DNA of 64,000 bases from Salpingoeca rosetta (lineage: Eukaryota > Protista > Choanoflagellata). The notes under the pieces are model-generated. The model was not told the DNA's origin and searched no databases. It saw only the letters and a list, made by a program, of their open reading frames with translations. The stretch lies in contig JAWQFM010000020.1 of the NCBI GenBank assembly GCA_033442325.1, forward strand, positions 201,322 through 265,321, in the 5' to 3' direction. Positions within the stretch are counted from its first letter, which is position 1; every line of letters begins with the position of its first letter. A program made the translations under genes and the position numbers. This document shows positions 37,820 through 59,159 of the stretch, piece after piece.

Positions 37820-38806
37820 TGGCACAGCGCTCCCACTTGGACATTGCGTCACAACATCGACAATGTCTGCATTGCGTCACGGACCTTGGAACCTGAAGAC
37901 GGCGGTGAGGGAGAGGAGGGCGTAGAAGAGGAAGCACAGCAGGAAATCAAGCGACAGCACCGTCCCAAGCGTTTTCTTCCGCGTAATCGGCGTCAGTAGC
38001 GAAGGCAAGCTGTGATCAGTTGGTGAACAGTCAGGATTGGGGGAGGGGGGAGGGGTGAGGAGTTATCGTGGTTGTTGTGTTGACTCTTGCTTCATCGCAC
38101 GGATACACGCACAAATACACACATACGCACAGGCACACCCTCTGTGCAGCTGTTGGTGCGTGAATGTGAGCCATGGCAACGTGAACCGACATCAGTCAGC
38201 GACACGCACCTGTGATGGCACATGAACGAGTAGATGGAGACGCCAAAGAGGACCGGAAGTCCGGTGGCCTTGAAAGTGCTGACGTCAGACGCATGCGGCA
38301 CGTGGTCGTCGTGGTTGAAGCCCTGGAGGGTCGGTGGGCGTTGTCAAGGGAGGAGACGCGTTGTGAGGTGAGGATGATCAGGGGATGAGGTAAGAAGCAC
38401 GGATAGAGTGGTGGACAATGAGTGAAACAAACAAACAAACAAACAAACAAACAAACAAACAAACAAACAAACAAACAAACAAACAAACAAACAAACAAAC
38501 AAATAAACAAACAAACACACAAACGCGCGTGTGGGACCTTTTTGTTTGCAATGCCGATGAGGGCGATGACGATCATGATGATGAACGTGGACCAGCGCAT
38601 GACGGTGGTGAAGATCTGCAGCGCTTTCGTCTTCTGCGCATTGAAGAAGCAGAAGGGACCGAGCACCACCGCAAATGCAGTCTGGCATGCACAGCGACAA
38701 CAACGGCGGTGAGGAGTTGTGGTGGTGGTAGTGGCGATGGCAGTGAGTGGAAAACAAACCTCTTGGGCATGGAAGCAGCAATCAGCAGAAACACACACGC
38801 ACACAC

Positions 38807-38847
<41 letters not shown>

Positions 38848-40826
38848 CACACACGCAGACACAAGACGAGCGGCGAAGCGGTGTGTCTGACCAGGAAGAC
38901 GTAGTATGCCTGCTGGGAGTCGAGCGTGCCCATGCAGTGGTGGTGGGCATAGGTGTGGTTCTCGTGGTGCGAGTGCGAATGCGCCTGGTGCGAAAGATTG
39001 CCGCTGTGTGCGTGTATATATGGAGAAGGACAGAGAGAGAAAGCGTGAGTGAGGGTGTGTGCGAGGTTGTATGAAAGGGTGTGAGAGCCAGGAGCAAGCA
39101 CAACTATTCCCGCGCGCACGCGCATACACACATCACACATCACACATACACGCACCAGGCGACGGACTGAAGGGACTTTGGGATTGCGACGACGTAGATG
39201 CAGAGGTCGCCGTAGAGATAGATGACGATGCATGCATAGAAGAAGCGAAGGCCCCACGTGGAGAAGAACATCTTGGCCATCTCCGCCTGGCATCATCATC
39301 ACCACAACAAGCACAAGCACCACCACAACAAGCACAAGCACCACAAGCACAACCAGCACAACAAGCAGCACAAGGAGCACATCCAGCGTGACAGTGCGTG
39401 TGTCGCAGAGAGATTAGATTGCACAAACGGAACATGGCGCGAAAAGCGTGAGAGAGGCGCTCGCGGTGAGATGTTGGAGAGGGAACACAGGGGCGAGGGC
39501 ACGGGTGCGAGGTTGTGTGGTACAAAACAAGATGATGCAGAGGCCCAGCCATGTATACGAGTGTGCTGAGTGCGAGAGAAGCTCAAGCATGGGCGAACCA
39601 TTCGCATGCGCATGTGGTCCCTGCCCTCACCATCTCTGTGCGGTGCGTAATCTCAAACGGATTGGCGGCCTCTGTTTCATCTGCGCAGATGTGTCAGGGG
39701 TGATGATGGGGTGGTGACGATGCAAACACAAGTCAGTGGGTGTACTTTGCGCGTACGCTGCCTTCATTGGCAATCCTATCCACACCACAACACGCTGCAG
39801 CGCCCCACCCAGCACACACACACACATAACGAGCGTGCGAAACTCACTGATGAGGGGCGCAACCTCGGAGCTCTATGTGGCGGGCAGCAGCGTTGTCAAT
39901 AACGGTCAAAGTGCGATTGGTGGCGGGGGTGAGCGTCGAAGATGGAGAGGGTTGTTGTTGTTGTTGTTGTTGTTAATGGTTGTTGTGCGACGCAAAGTGG
40001 TGCGCTTGGTGACGCTGTGCAACCGGCATGCGAAGACGCGGAAGCAATGCGGGGCAGCATATACCTGCACATGCCGTTGTCTCTCCTCGTGGCGGCGAAA
40101 GCGGTTGGCGATGGCCATGGCCTCGATCATAAAGGTGACCGTCAAGTACGAGAAGGCCGCAAGCAGAGCAACGAGAATGCATCCTGTCAAGCACAAGCAC
40201 GACATTCATACGCGCACGCACGACGACGACATGGCACAGGCACATGAGCTGGGCTGAGTCAGGGATCGCGAGATGTGAACAAAACCTTGTGCTGAATGTG
40301 TGTGGGTCATTGTGGCTGTGTGTGTGGAAACGTGTGTGTGGTTTGTGTGTTTGTGCGTGCGTGTGATTGTGTGTCAGCTGTGTTTGCACGTGTGTGGAGC
40401 CGCAAAGCCCTTTCTGCGTGGCCTTTGCTGCATCTGCTGTATTTGCTATAACGCACCTCCAATGTAACCGCTCTCGCTGAAGGCCTTTGGCATGGCCAGT
40501 GCGCCTGCGCCGACGATCAAGTTGAAGACATACACGCCACCCACCTGCACGATGTGTTGGTGGGTTGATGGTGTGTTGTGAGTTGTGATGGTTCAACACA
40601 GACAAGCGTGGCAACAAGACAAACTCTCACACACATGTTGACACAAGCAAGCCAGCTAGCACAAGCTGGCAGACGAGCTGACACACAAGCTGGCACATAA
40701 GCTGGCAGACGAGCTGACAACACATCAACGCGCACAACAACATACATGCACAACAACACACACACATCAACAACATCATACCAGGGGTGAGTACGTGGAG
40801 CCGTCATCCACGCCGCCGCCAGCCAT
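36163..40826 (-). CDS. TMEM104: TMEM104 (SLC38A12-like amino-acid transporter family membrane protein)
   Basis: Spliced exons read MAGGGVDDGSTYSPL|VGGVYVFNLIVGAGALAMPKAFSESGY...FSYLTVTFMIEAMAIAN...NPFEITHRTEM|AEMAKMFF...IVIYLYGDLCIY...GPFCFFNAQKTKALQIFTTVMRW...GLPVLFGVSIYSFMCHH...DLYTLNF...YFLGLFPVFTLSANFPIIAITLRNN...RSFFSHKGWILFVVVWS*. The first two exons are duplicated, giving an alternative ATG at 41547. Confidence 0.92.
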
Positions 40827-41698
40827 CGTTGCTCTGGCTGGTTGGTTTGGTTGTTGTTGGAGGGGATTGAAAAATGGGCCTATACGACAGGCATATAGAG
40901 TAGTCGTTGTGATGGCGGTGGTTCGAAGCCATCCATCATCTTCGATGATGACTCACACGATTCATTGCTCGCGCGCTTTGTGATGTGACGTGACACTGAC
41001 CGCGCACTAGAGGGACCTCGTAGAACACACTGAGTGGCTGTGTGTGTGGAACGTGTGTGTGGTTTGTGTGTTTGTGCGTGCGTGTGATTGTGTGTCAGCT
41101 GTGTTTGCACGTGTGTGGAGCCGCAAAGCCCTTTCTGCGTGGCCTTTGCTGCATCTGCTGTATTTGCTATAACGCACCTCCAATGTAACCGCTCTCGCTG
41201 AAGGCCTTTGGCATGGCCAGTGCGCCTGCGCCGACGATCAAGTTGAAGACATACACGCCACCCACCTGCACGATGTGTTGGTGGGTTGATGGTGTGTTGT
41301 GAGTTGTGATGGTTCAACACAGACAAGCGTGGCAACAAGACAAACTCTCACACACATGTTGACACAAGCAAGCCAGCTAGCACAAGCTGGCAGACGAGCT
41401 GACACACAAGCTGGCACATAAGCTGGCAGACGAGCTGACAACACATCAACGCGCACAACAACATACATGCACAACAACACACACACATCAACAACATCAT
41501 ACCAGGGGTGAGTACGTGGAGCCGTCATCCACGCCGCCGCCAGCCATCGTTGCTCTGGCTGGTTGGTTTGGTTGTTGTTGGAGGGGATTGAAAATGGCCT
41601 ATACGACAGCATATAGAGTAGTCGTTGTGATGGCGGTGGTTCGAAGCCATCCATCATCTTCGATGATTGCTCGCGCGCTTTGTGATGTGACGTGACAC
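40312..41698. repeat. Tandem duplication, period ~721 bp, containing TMEM104 exons 1-2 and the promoter-proximal sequence
   Basis: 40312-40996 is nearly identical to 41034-41698. Differences (single-base insertions and a ~15-bp insert) cluster mostly at the distal end of the first copy. Confidence 0.92.
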
Positions 41699-41889
41699 AC
41701 ACACACACACACCACAACCACAGACACACCACAACCATAGACACACATCGTTCTCACAAGCAAGCAAGCAAGCCAAGCGAGGGGTCGTGTGCGCATGCGC
41801 ATTCACCACAGCTCAAGACACACGGTTGGAGCGACACAGCAGGAAAGAAGGAAAAGCGTCATCAACACCACCACATCACCACTCTCGTC

Positions 41890-42952
41890 ATGTCGGGTTT
41901 GAGAAGGGCGGCAAAGCACCGTATGCAGAATCGCCCTGCGTGCGAGCTTCTGGCAAAGGAAGCAACATGCAAAGGCGAAACCCCGCCAACACAGGAACAG
42001 CTTGACGCCATCATCGTCGACATGCAAGACACGTGCGTGCACTCGAGTGGTTCTCGATGGCCTGCTTTCTCTCCATGCGTATGTGCGTGCGTGCGTACAC
42101 CATGCAGCTCTCGATGGGAGGGTGTGGCGATCTCACCAGAAACAACCGCTTGTGTGCTTGTGTGCTTGTGTGCTTGTGTGATCGTGTCACTGCACAGATT
42201 CCAGCGACAGCTGATGATGCGCGTCTTCACCAAGCGCCTCCAAGATTCAGGCCACTTGTGGTCCCACCCGTTCAAGGTGAGACCACTGTGCACCTGTGCA
42301 TGTGTGTGTGTGTGTGTGTGCGTGTGTGTGTGTGTGCGTGCGTGCATGTGCGTGTGCGTGTGCGTGTGTGACTGTTTGTGTGCACATGTGTGTGCATGGT
42401 CGTGGTAATTGCAAAAGAAGCGCAACACTGCATGTCTGTGACGTTTGTTCCACACATCACAGCTAGCCCGCCGTTTCCAAGCTCACAGTGCCTGCCTGCT
42501 TTGTCAGGTGCTCCACGTGTTTGAGTACATTCTTCGCAACGGCAACCCTACCCTGATCACTGACATCTACGTCGTGCGCACTCACATCGCTTCCCTGCGA
42601 GGTAAACCAATCCCCCGAACCACCACCACGCGCGGGAGGTTGTGTACCCTGTGAGTACTTTTATTGTTGCGCCCGCTGACACCCTATTTTTGTCTCTCCT
42701 GCGCTCCTGCGTGTTGCCTGCTCGCCCGTGTCGGGTTTGCAGCGTTCACCTACTTTGACAAGGACAGGAACGGCGTCGATCGTGGTGCTGCTGGTGAGTT
42801 GTCATCCTGCAGAGGCACGAGCTCATCACGTGCATACGTGTGTGACTCAGCTAAAGTCATCTTGCTGACTCACGCAACTGCGGGCTGTGGTGGTTGACTC
42901 TTCCCACACCACTGCGATGTGTCATCCTTCAAGTCCTCACACGTGTGCTCAT

Positions 42953-43027
<75 letters not shown>

Positions 43028-43356
43028 AACCAGTGCGCGCGCAGGCGGGCGTTGTCCTTCAGCTGCTGGACCGTTGGGCACAAGAGGATGACAACACGGG
43101 GTTTGTCTCCTCTTCGGCATCCTCATCCATCGGACCGAGCTTGCATGCAGGCAACTCACAGCCAAGCAGCAGCTCGCAGTCCTCAAGCTACGGCTTCCAC
43201 AACATGGCCTCTCCTTTCGTCTATGATGATGGTGGCAGTGGCAGTGGCAACGGCAACGGCAACGGTGCCGTAACAAGTGCACCACATGGGCAGCTGCTTG
43301 GCCCACCACCAACATCGTCCCCGCCGCCGCCACCACCGCAGCACCAACAGCCATCG

Positions 43357-43388
<32 letters not shown>

Positions 43389-43659
43389 GCGGCAAAACGG
43401 ACGGCCACTCCCCACCCGCCCACCTGCCAACCGGCACCACGCTGACGCTGGCACATGGGCACAACACCAGCATCCCACGTTGGCACCAGGAACACCAGCA
43501 GCAGCAGCAGCAGCAACAACGTCGTCGGTGACAGCGCCAGCCACGCCGGCGACTCCCACCAACAAGGGCACGCCGCTGTCCCGTGGCGGGAGCGTGCCAA
43601 CCTCCGAACGCATCGCACGGCAGCGCCGGGCGCACCAGCAGTGGCAACAACAGCAGGCG

Positions 43660-43691
<32 letters not shown>

Positions 43692-44553
43692 GCAGCAACA
43701 AGGTTATGGTGCACCCCGCCCACCTTCGCCTGAGTACGATCAGCCACTCGTCCGCAGCGGTGGATCCGTGCACGCGTACACATCTTCCAACCACGTGCCT
43801 GCAGGCACGCCATATAGCCAGCAACACGGGCAATTTGACAACGGCAACGGCAATGAGGAGCCCGTTTATGCGGTGCCGTATGCGCACACGCGTGTTGCGG
43901 GCGGGCAACAGCAGCCAGCGCCGGACTACTCGGCGCTTGTGGACCCTGTGCTGCTGACACACGGGGAGGACCCAAGCAGCGGGTACTATGATCCCATGCA
44001 GCTTGTTCGCCAGCAGCATGCCGCGCGCACAGCCCACCCGTCCCGCGCCACCGCCTCCATCTCCGCACGCGCAGCCTCGCACGCCTCCCAGCAGCCAGCG
44101 TATGTACAGCCACTGGCAGGCCCACAGTCCCCACACTACAGCCACCAGCACCAGCACCAGCAGCAACACCAACACCAACATCAGCAACCGCAACACCAGC
44201 CCACCCATCAATACCAACAGCCGCCACCACCGCCTGCCATCACGACAGCACCACCTCCACAGTCACAGCCACCATCCCTTCAAGAGCCCGTCTCCGCCAC
44301 ACTTTCGCCGACAACGGCCACAACAACGACAGCAGCACCCCAGCATGTCGTGCACACCAATGGTGTGTCGGGTGGTGCACACGCGAGCGACGACGACGAT
44401 GGGGAAGAGGACGAGGAAGAAGATGCTGAGTTGGCCGAGGCAAAGCGGCGCAGCGTTGCAGAGGCGCGCTTCCGGCAGTTTATTGAGGAGGAGAGGAGGG
44501 CGGAGGAAGAACAGCTTGCACTCGTGCTGGAACTGAGCAAAGTCGAGATGTGA
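41890..44553 (+). CDS. ENTH-domain protein with a long Pro/Gln/Tyr-rich disordered region and two C-terminal UIM-like motifs (epsin-related)
   Basis: Exons 41890-42032, 42198-42276, 42508-42601, 42743-42793 and 43034-44553 join in frame. ENTH motifs: ELLAKEAT, KRLQDSGHLWSHPFKVLHVFEYILRNG, IASLRAFTYFD..GVDRGAAVRAQA..VLQLL. UIM-like motifs: EEDAELAEAKRRSVAE and EEEQLALVLELSKVE. Confidence 0.85.
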
Positions 44554-44601
44554 CGGCACGGAGGTGACCCACCTCTTGACTCGATGGCGGAAGTGCCGGC
44601 A

Positions 44602-44676
<75 letters not shown>

Positions 44677-44956
44677 TGGGGGGGGGGGTGTTGCCATGGC
44701 GTGTTTTGTTGGGTGTGTGTGGTTTGGAGGCGCTGGTGCAAGAGGAGAGGGACCGGATGGGTGCAGTCTGGCTTCTTGTTGTGACACGTGAATTCGATGA
44801 TGCAGCTATTCGACTTGTTCCATTAAACAACATACAAACCCCACAGCGAGCGAAGCGAGACGTGCTCATGTGATTGAATGTGTGTGTGTGCGTGTGCGTG
44901 TGCGTGTGCGTGTGCGTACATGTGTGTGCGTACATGTGTGTGTGCGTGTGCGTGTG

Positions 44957-45110
44957 TCACTTTGCGTAGAATGCCTGGCCGGATAAGAGCACGTTCGGTG
45001 CCATGGCCACAGACACAATCAGCGCAGCCACGTCCCGCGCAGCAAGGCAGTCCGACGCATCCTAACATGTGCATGCGTGTGCAGTGTGTGTGTGTGTACG
45101 TGTGTGTGTA

Positions 45111-45167
<57 letters not shown>

Positions 45168-45276
45168 TATGCGTGAGAGAGGAGCTATGGGGTGCAATCC
45201 CTCCTCCAATGAGTCTGAAAGGCACGTCGTGCCGTGTGTGTGTGTGCGTGTGTGCACTCAAAATGTAGCGGACATG

Positions 45277-45349
<73 letters not shown>

Positions 45350-48300
45350 GTGTGTGTGTGTGTGTGCGTGTGTGTGTGTGTGTGCGTGTGTGTGTGCGTG
45401 CGTGTGTGCGTGCCAGCAGCTTCTCAGCTGCCTGCATGCGAGCACAAACCAAGCCAAAAACTGACCTCATCGGGATACATGGTTGTGCGCATGCTGGTGT
45501 AGGTTCGGCGTGGAACGACGCAGTAAGCGACAACGTTGTGTGGCTTGCCTTCCAACGCCAGTGTCTCGGTCAAGCATGCAATACCGGCCTTGGAGGCTGC
45601 GTAGGCCGACTGGCCCTCCCGTCCACCTTGCGCCGCGCTGTTGACACGAGTCACAGAAAACAAGTAAGCATGGCAAGCAGAGGGCAATGATATGAGTTGA
45701 GTTTAACGTAACGGTTACAGCCATGCTGATCATCTGGGTGGTGGCTGTCTTAGCCTACAGAGCCTATGGCTCATGTGGCTGAAGTGACTCGTGCCAAAAC
45801 AGCAAGCATTCTAGCCCCGAGCAATGTATGTTGCACATGGTCATGCCTGGGGATGAACCACCCCTGTCGAAAGTCCCCAACTTGCATCAACAAGTATTGT
45901 ACCTTGATCCCACGTTGATGATGACACCACCATGGACTTGCTCTTGCATGCCTGCAAGCAAGCAAGGTGTTCGTTTTTGCGTTAGCGACGAGCAACACGG
46001 GACGTGGCACCACAGCAAGCGGTGAACACAACACGCACACGTGCATTTCGACTTGACTGGCACACTAAATGGCCGCACACGTCAGGTTACTGTACACACT
46101 GCACGCACTTGCGAGGGCGCGCCGTGAGGAATAGAAGCAGCCGCTCAGATTGGATGTCATTATGTTCTGCCACGCTTCATCCGTCTTGATAGTGGGGAGC
46201 ACACACCGCAAATCAACACACGCAGCATACATACAATACATACGAATGACTCGTGAGTGTGTGGTGACGTCATTGGATACGCACAGGGAACAAAACGAAA
46301 CGCGCAGCCATAGAGAGACATGCAAACAGCAAGGTGATGACACATGCACACACACACACACACACACACACAACGAGGAAAGATGTGTGACATGACAAGG
46401 CCAGGGGGCCTGTCGCATGGCCAGATACACAGAATGCAAAAAAAAATAAAAAATCACGAGATACATACCGTTTCCGCAATGGAACGAAGCAGGGCCACGC
46501 CGGCACAGTTGACAACAACATCCACGCGCTTGTACTTGGCGAGCACTTGTGCGTAGGCGTCGTCCACATGCTGTGAGTTTCCCACATCTGCGCATATTGC
46601 CATGCAGCCGTACTCCTTTGCCACATGTGCCACCTCTTCCTCTGTCCGCGCAACCACCGCAACCTGCAGCCGTGAAAGGCAACATCAATGCACACACGCG
46701 TGTGAAGGCGTGATGACCACAACAATGTGAGGACAGGTACGGACACTCGCACAAACACACACACATGTGCAGGAGGGAGAAGCAAGTGTATGCGGTTGAG
46801 CTGGAATGGCAGCCGTTCACACAGGACAATGGAGTTGACAATGCTGAAAGGGTGTGCACGAAGAACATAGCAATTGAGGCAAGTTCCTCCCCCTCCCCAC
46901 TTCCTGCAGGCACAGAATCGCGAACCTGCATGCCGCGCTCTCGAAACCCTTTCACCACGTGTCGTCCAATGCCTCGACCTCCGCCAAAGACAATGGCAAC
47001 CTGAAAGACACGGTAACACGTGCCATAGCATACAGCGTGAGATGAACAAGACACAAAGGCAGACTGTTCAAAGCAAGTACATGCTCATGCTGTTGAGAGG
47101 ACGCAGAGCAGGCACCGCGACACACGCACACGCAAACACACACACATATCACATCACAGATACACACAGATAGGCAAACCTGTCGCATCCGTTGGGCAGC
47201 CAGTTGCTCAGCAGCATGCAAGTCCTGCTTGTAGGTGACCTTCCACACGTTTGGCTGGCAGTCAACGAGCTTGGCGCGAACACCAGCGTACTTGAGCACC
47301 AGGTGCAGCACCTCTGTGCCGTGTTCAATATCATGTGCCGAACAGCTTTCATATGCTTTCATAAGCGCCTCCAGCGAGAATGCCTGCATCAGCAAAATTG
47401 TGAGGGCGGGGTGAGAGATGTACCAGTGTGAAGGTAAGCAGAACCATGGACTGCTCGCAAACACCCACACCCACACAGCTACACCCAACCCACCCACACA
47501 CCCACCCACCCACACACACACACAAACTAAATTGGATCCCTGCAAGCACATGTTACCTGTGGCGTTTGGCTTGCGCGATACTGGGATCGGTCGAGCGACT
47601 CTTCAAGGAAGCCATCAGCGTTTGGTTTGATGACTGTCGAGACAAGAGGTAGTACAGATCCAGCTGCACCACGAACAAAACGTAAAAGCAGAGCAAACAT
47701 GAGCAACCCTCCCCTCAAATATTTTCGGCGCCATAGCAGTCATGAACGATCAGGTACTACTGCTGCTTGCAGGCAAGGTGAAGCGCATTGCATCGCCCGC
47801 CCCTGCAATCACTCTATCACTTGCACGCATGCATGTTCATACACACCTGCTTGGTGCTGCGCTGCAGCTGCTGCGACGTTAAGCACTGTCTTTGCATCCA
47901 CAAAGGGCCTTTGTTCAACAGGACAGACGGATGCATGCATGAATGCAACCGAACAGTGGTGAGTGAGTGTGCATGTATGTGTCTGTGTGTGTGCATGTGT
48001 GTGCATGTGTGTGCATGTGTGTGTCTGTGTGTGAGTGTTGCTTTGACTCGTTGTCAGTGGTGTGGGCGTGTACTTGGTTGCCTGCAGGCAAGGCTAGCAT
48101 TGGGTGCTGTGGTGCTTGCTAACTCCAGCAAACAGCATGGCTGCGCCCATACCTGACGGCGTCATGGACAACGACGACGTTTGGGTGTGAGGGCTTCGAG
48201 TGAATAGCGTCGAGGCCGCGTTTGATGGACGCGTGCCTGCTTGCACCACCCTGAACAAACAGCACGCGCTCAGCCTCGTGCTCAAGCCGCCAGTCCCTGA

Positions 48301-49072
48301 GCCAGCCCGCGCTCTTCTCCAGACAGTTTGCGGCGATCGGCACGACCACCCGGCGCACGCCGGGGACAGCAAGCATCGTGGAGATTGTGTAGTACAGCAA
48401 CGGCTTTCCCTGCAGCACCCAGTACTGCATGCGGGCACGCGAAAGGTAAGAACACGGGAGCATCGGGAGCAGTGAGAGGAGCGAGAGCAGTGGGAGCAGT
48501 GGGAGCAGTGAGAGGAGCGAGAGCAATGAGAGCAGTGGGAGCAGCGGGAGCAGTGAGAGCAGTGAGAACCATGAGAGCAGTGAGAGCGGTGAGAGCAGTG
48601 GGAGTAGTGGGAACAACAACACACGACGCGACGGAAAACACGGTGACACTTGCTGCTGCAAAGTGCTGCCATCTCATGATCTCACCTGTTTCGGCGTCAC
48701 CGAGCCTGTGCGAACGCCGATGCCGCCAGCAGGCAACACCACATCGATGACAACGCCTTTCAATGAAGCAGCAGTCGTTGCGGTCTCCTGATGCAGCTGC
48801 TCCTGTGCTTCGCGCACATCCTGCATACTATCATCACCGTTGCCATCATCGTCATCCTCCTCCGCACGAGAGCGAGGATCCTTCCTCTTCTCATCACCAT
48901 CGTTCCCACCATCGTTTCCGGTGCCACCGGCATTCTTCTCTTCCCTCCTCCTCACTGCTTCTGTGCCATTCTCTCCTCCGTCTTCTTGTTGCTTTGCTCG
49001 CTTCCGCGCCAGCCCATCTTCAAGCCCAGCACCACCAGCACCACCGTGGCCATCCGCACCCGTCTTCGTCAT
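44957..49072 (-). CDS. CRPPA: D-ribitol-5-phosphate cytidylyltransferase (CRPPA/ISPD orthologue) fused to a complete C-terminal short-chain dehydrogenase/reductase, ~567 aa
   Basis: 11 GT-AG exons: 48686-49072, 48153-48424, 47847-47908, 47557-47663, 47180-47383, 46926-47000, 46469-46663, 46109-46184, 45903-45951, 45466-45637 and 44957-45061 (1704 nt, 568 codons, phases consistent). IspD motifs: [67 protein letters not shown] motifs: [34 protein letters not shown]. Confidence 0.92.
48457..48612. repeat. Degenerate 9-bp minisatellite (g(a/g)gagcagt) in CRPPA intron 1
   Basis: About 17 tandem gggagcagt/gagagcagt/gagaggagc units. Confidence 0.8.
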
Positions 49073-49290
49073 GCTCGTTCGTTCTTTCGTTCTTTTGCGC
49101 GGTCTGTGTCAGCAAACAAACGGTTTCCTTCCAGCGCTCACAATATGAATGGTCATTTCAGATTTGATGCAATTTTATGTCAACAGCTTTCGACGCCAAT
49201 CATTCACAAATCCTCTACAAGCAGCAACTTGGGGAAGACGACGAGAGCGCAGAGAGTCAACCAGCCAGCCAGCCAGCCAGACAGCCAGTC
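49073..49290. promoter_or_regulatory. Putative compact bidirectional promoter between CRPPA and CTR9
   Basis: The divergent ATGs at 49072 (-) and 49291 (+) are separated by only 218 bp of AT-richer sequence. Confidence 0.6.
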
Positions 49291-58460
<9,170 letters not shown>

Positions 58461-58465
58461 CGTGG

Positions 58466-58531
<66 letters not shown>

Positions 58532-58998
58532 CCTTCACGTACTCACACGCTGTTGCCTGCAATCTTCTGCACAGAAATGAGCTGAGAGGACAGCAGGGCC
58601 AGTAGCACAACACTGTTGCACGCTATCAACCATACCACCTTGCTGTTGCCTGTGATGCGGAAGGAGTTGTTTACATACATTACACGAGTGATGAATAACA
58701 CAAGATAGTCACACGCACACGTATGTGAACGCGTGCGCGAACAAGAAGAGCAAAGAGGGAGAGACACAGAGAGGGAGGAGGAGTGTTTGGGCAGGTCACA
58801 CGTCACTTAAACACATTGAGCAGTCACGTTACAATGTGACACGTGGCAAGGGATCAAATAACAAAAGAACAAGCTTGAAGCAGAGGTGGCGCAGCAAGAG
58901 AGGTACGCGCATCAGCCAGGAAGCAACGTCCACCAGAGCTTCAAGAGCCGTGTCCAAACATGAGGTAACACGAGTAATCGCGCCATGTGAAGCTGCTG

Positions 58999-59094
<96 letters not shown>

Positions 59095-59159
59095 CTATGA
59101 TAGCGATATGTCGTGGGATGGCGAACGGCAGCGGGATCAATTTGAACCCACGCATTTAA

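Noticed and set aside
45190-45215. Candidate extra CRPPA exon after a tttcag acceptor
   Set aside because: In the required phase it stops after nine codons. The exon at 44957-45061 gives a proper SDR C-terminus (LSGQAFYAK*).
44957-47000. SDR as a separate gene downstream of CRPPA
   Set aside because: No stop in the last cytidylyltransferase exon, a 179-bp canonical phase-0 GT-AG intron joins the two parts, and there is little room for a separate promoter.
48119-48661. Leu-rich repeat ORF (LLSLLPLLP...) in frame with CRPPA exon 2, suggesting a membrane-anchored isoform
   Set aside because: It comes from the 9-bp minisatellite in intron 1. Retaining the intron from exon 1 hits a stop at 48674-48676, and nothing supports an internal start.
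47180-49072. MEP-pathway IspD or recent bacterial contamination
   Set aside because: The gene has ten spliceosomal introns with host-type microsatellites, and its motifs match animal CRPPA better than bacterial IspD.
58543-58960. Possible further 3' exons of the karyopherin
   Set aside because: The exon ending at 59160 already has an in-frame stop after an importin-13-like C-terminal motif.
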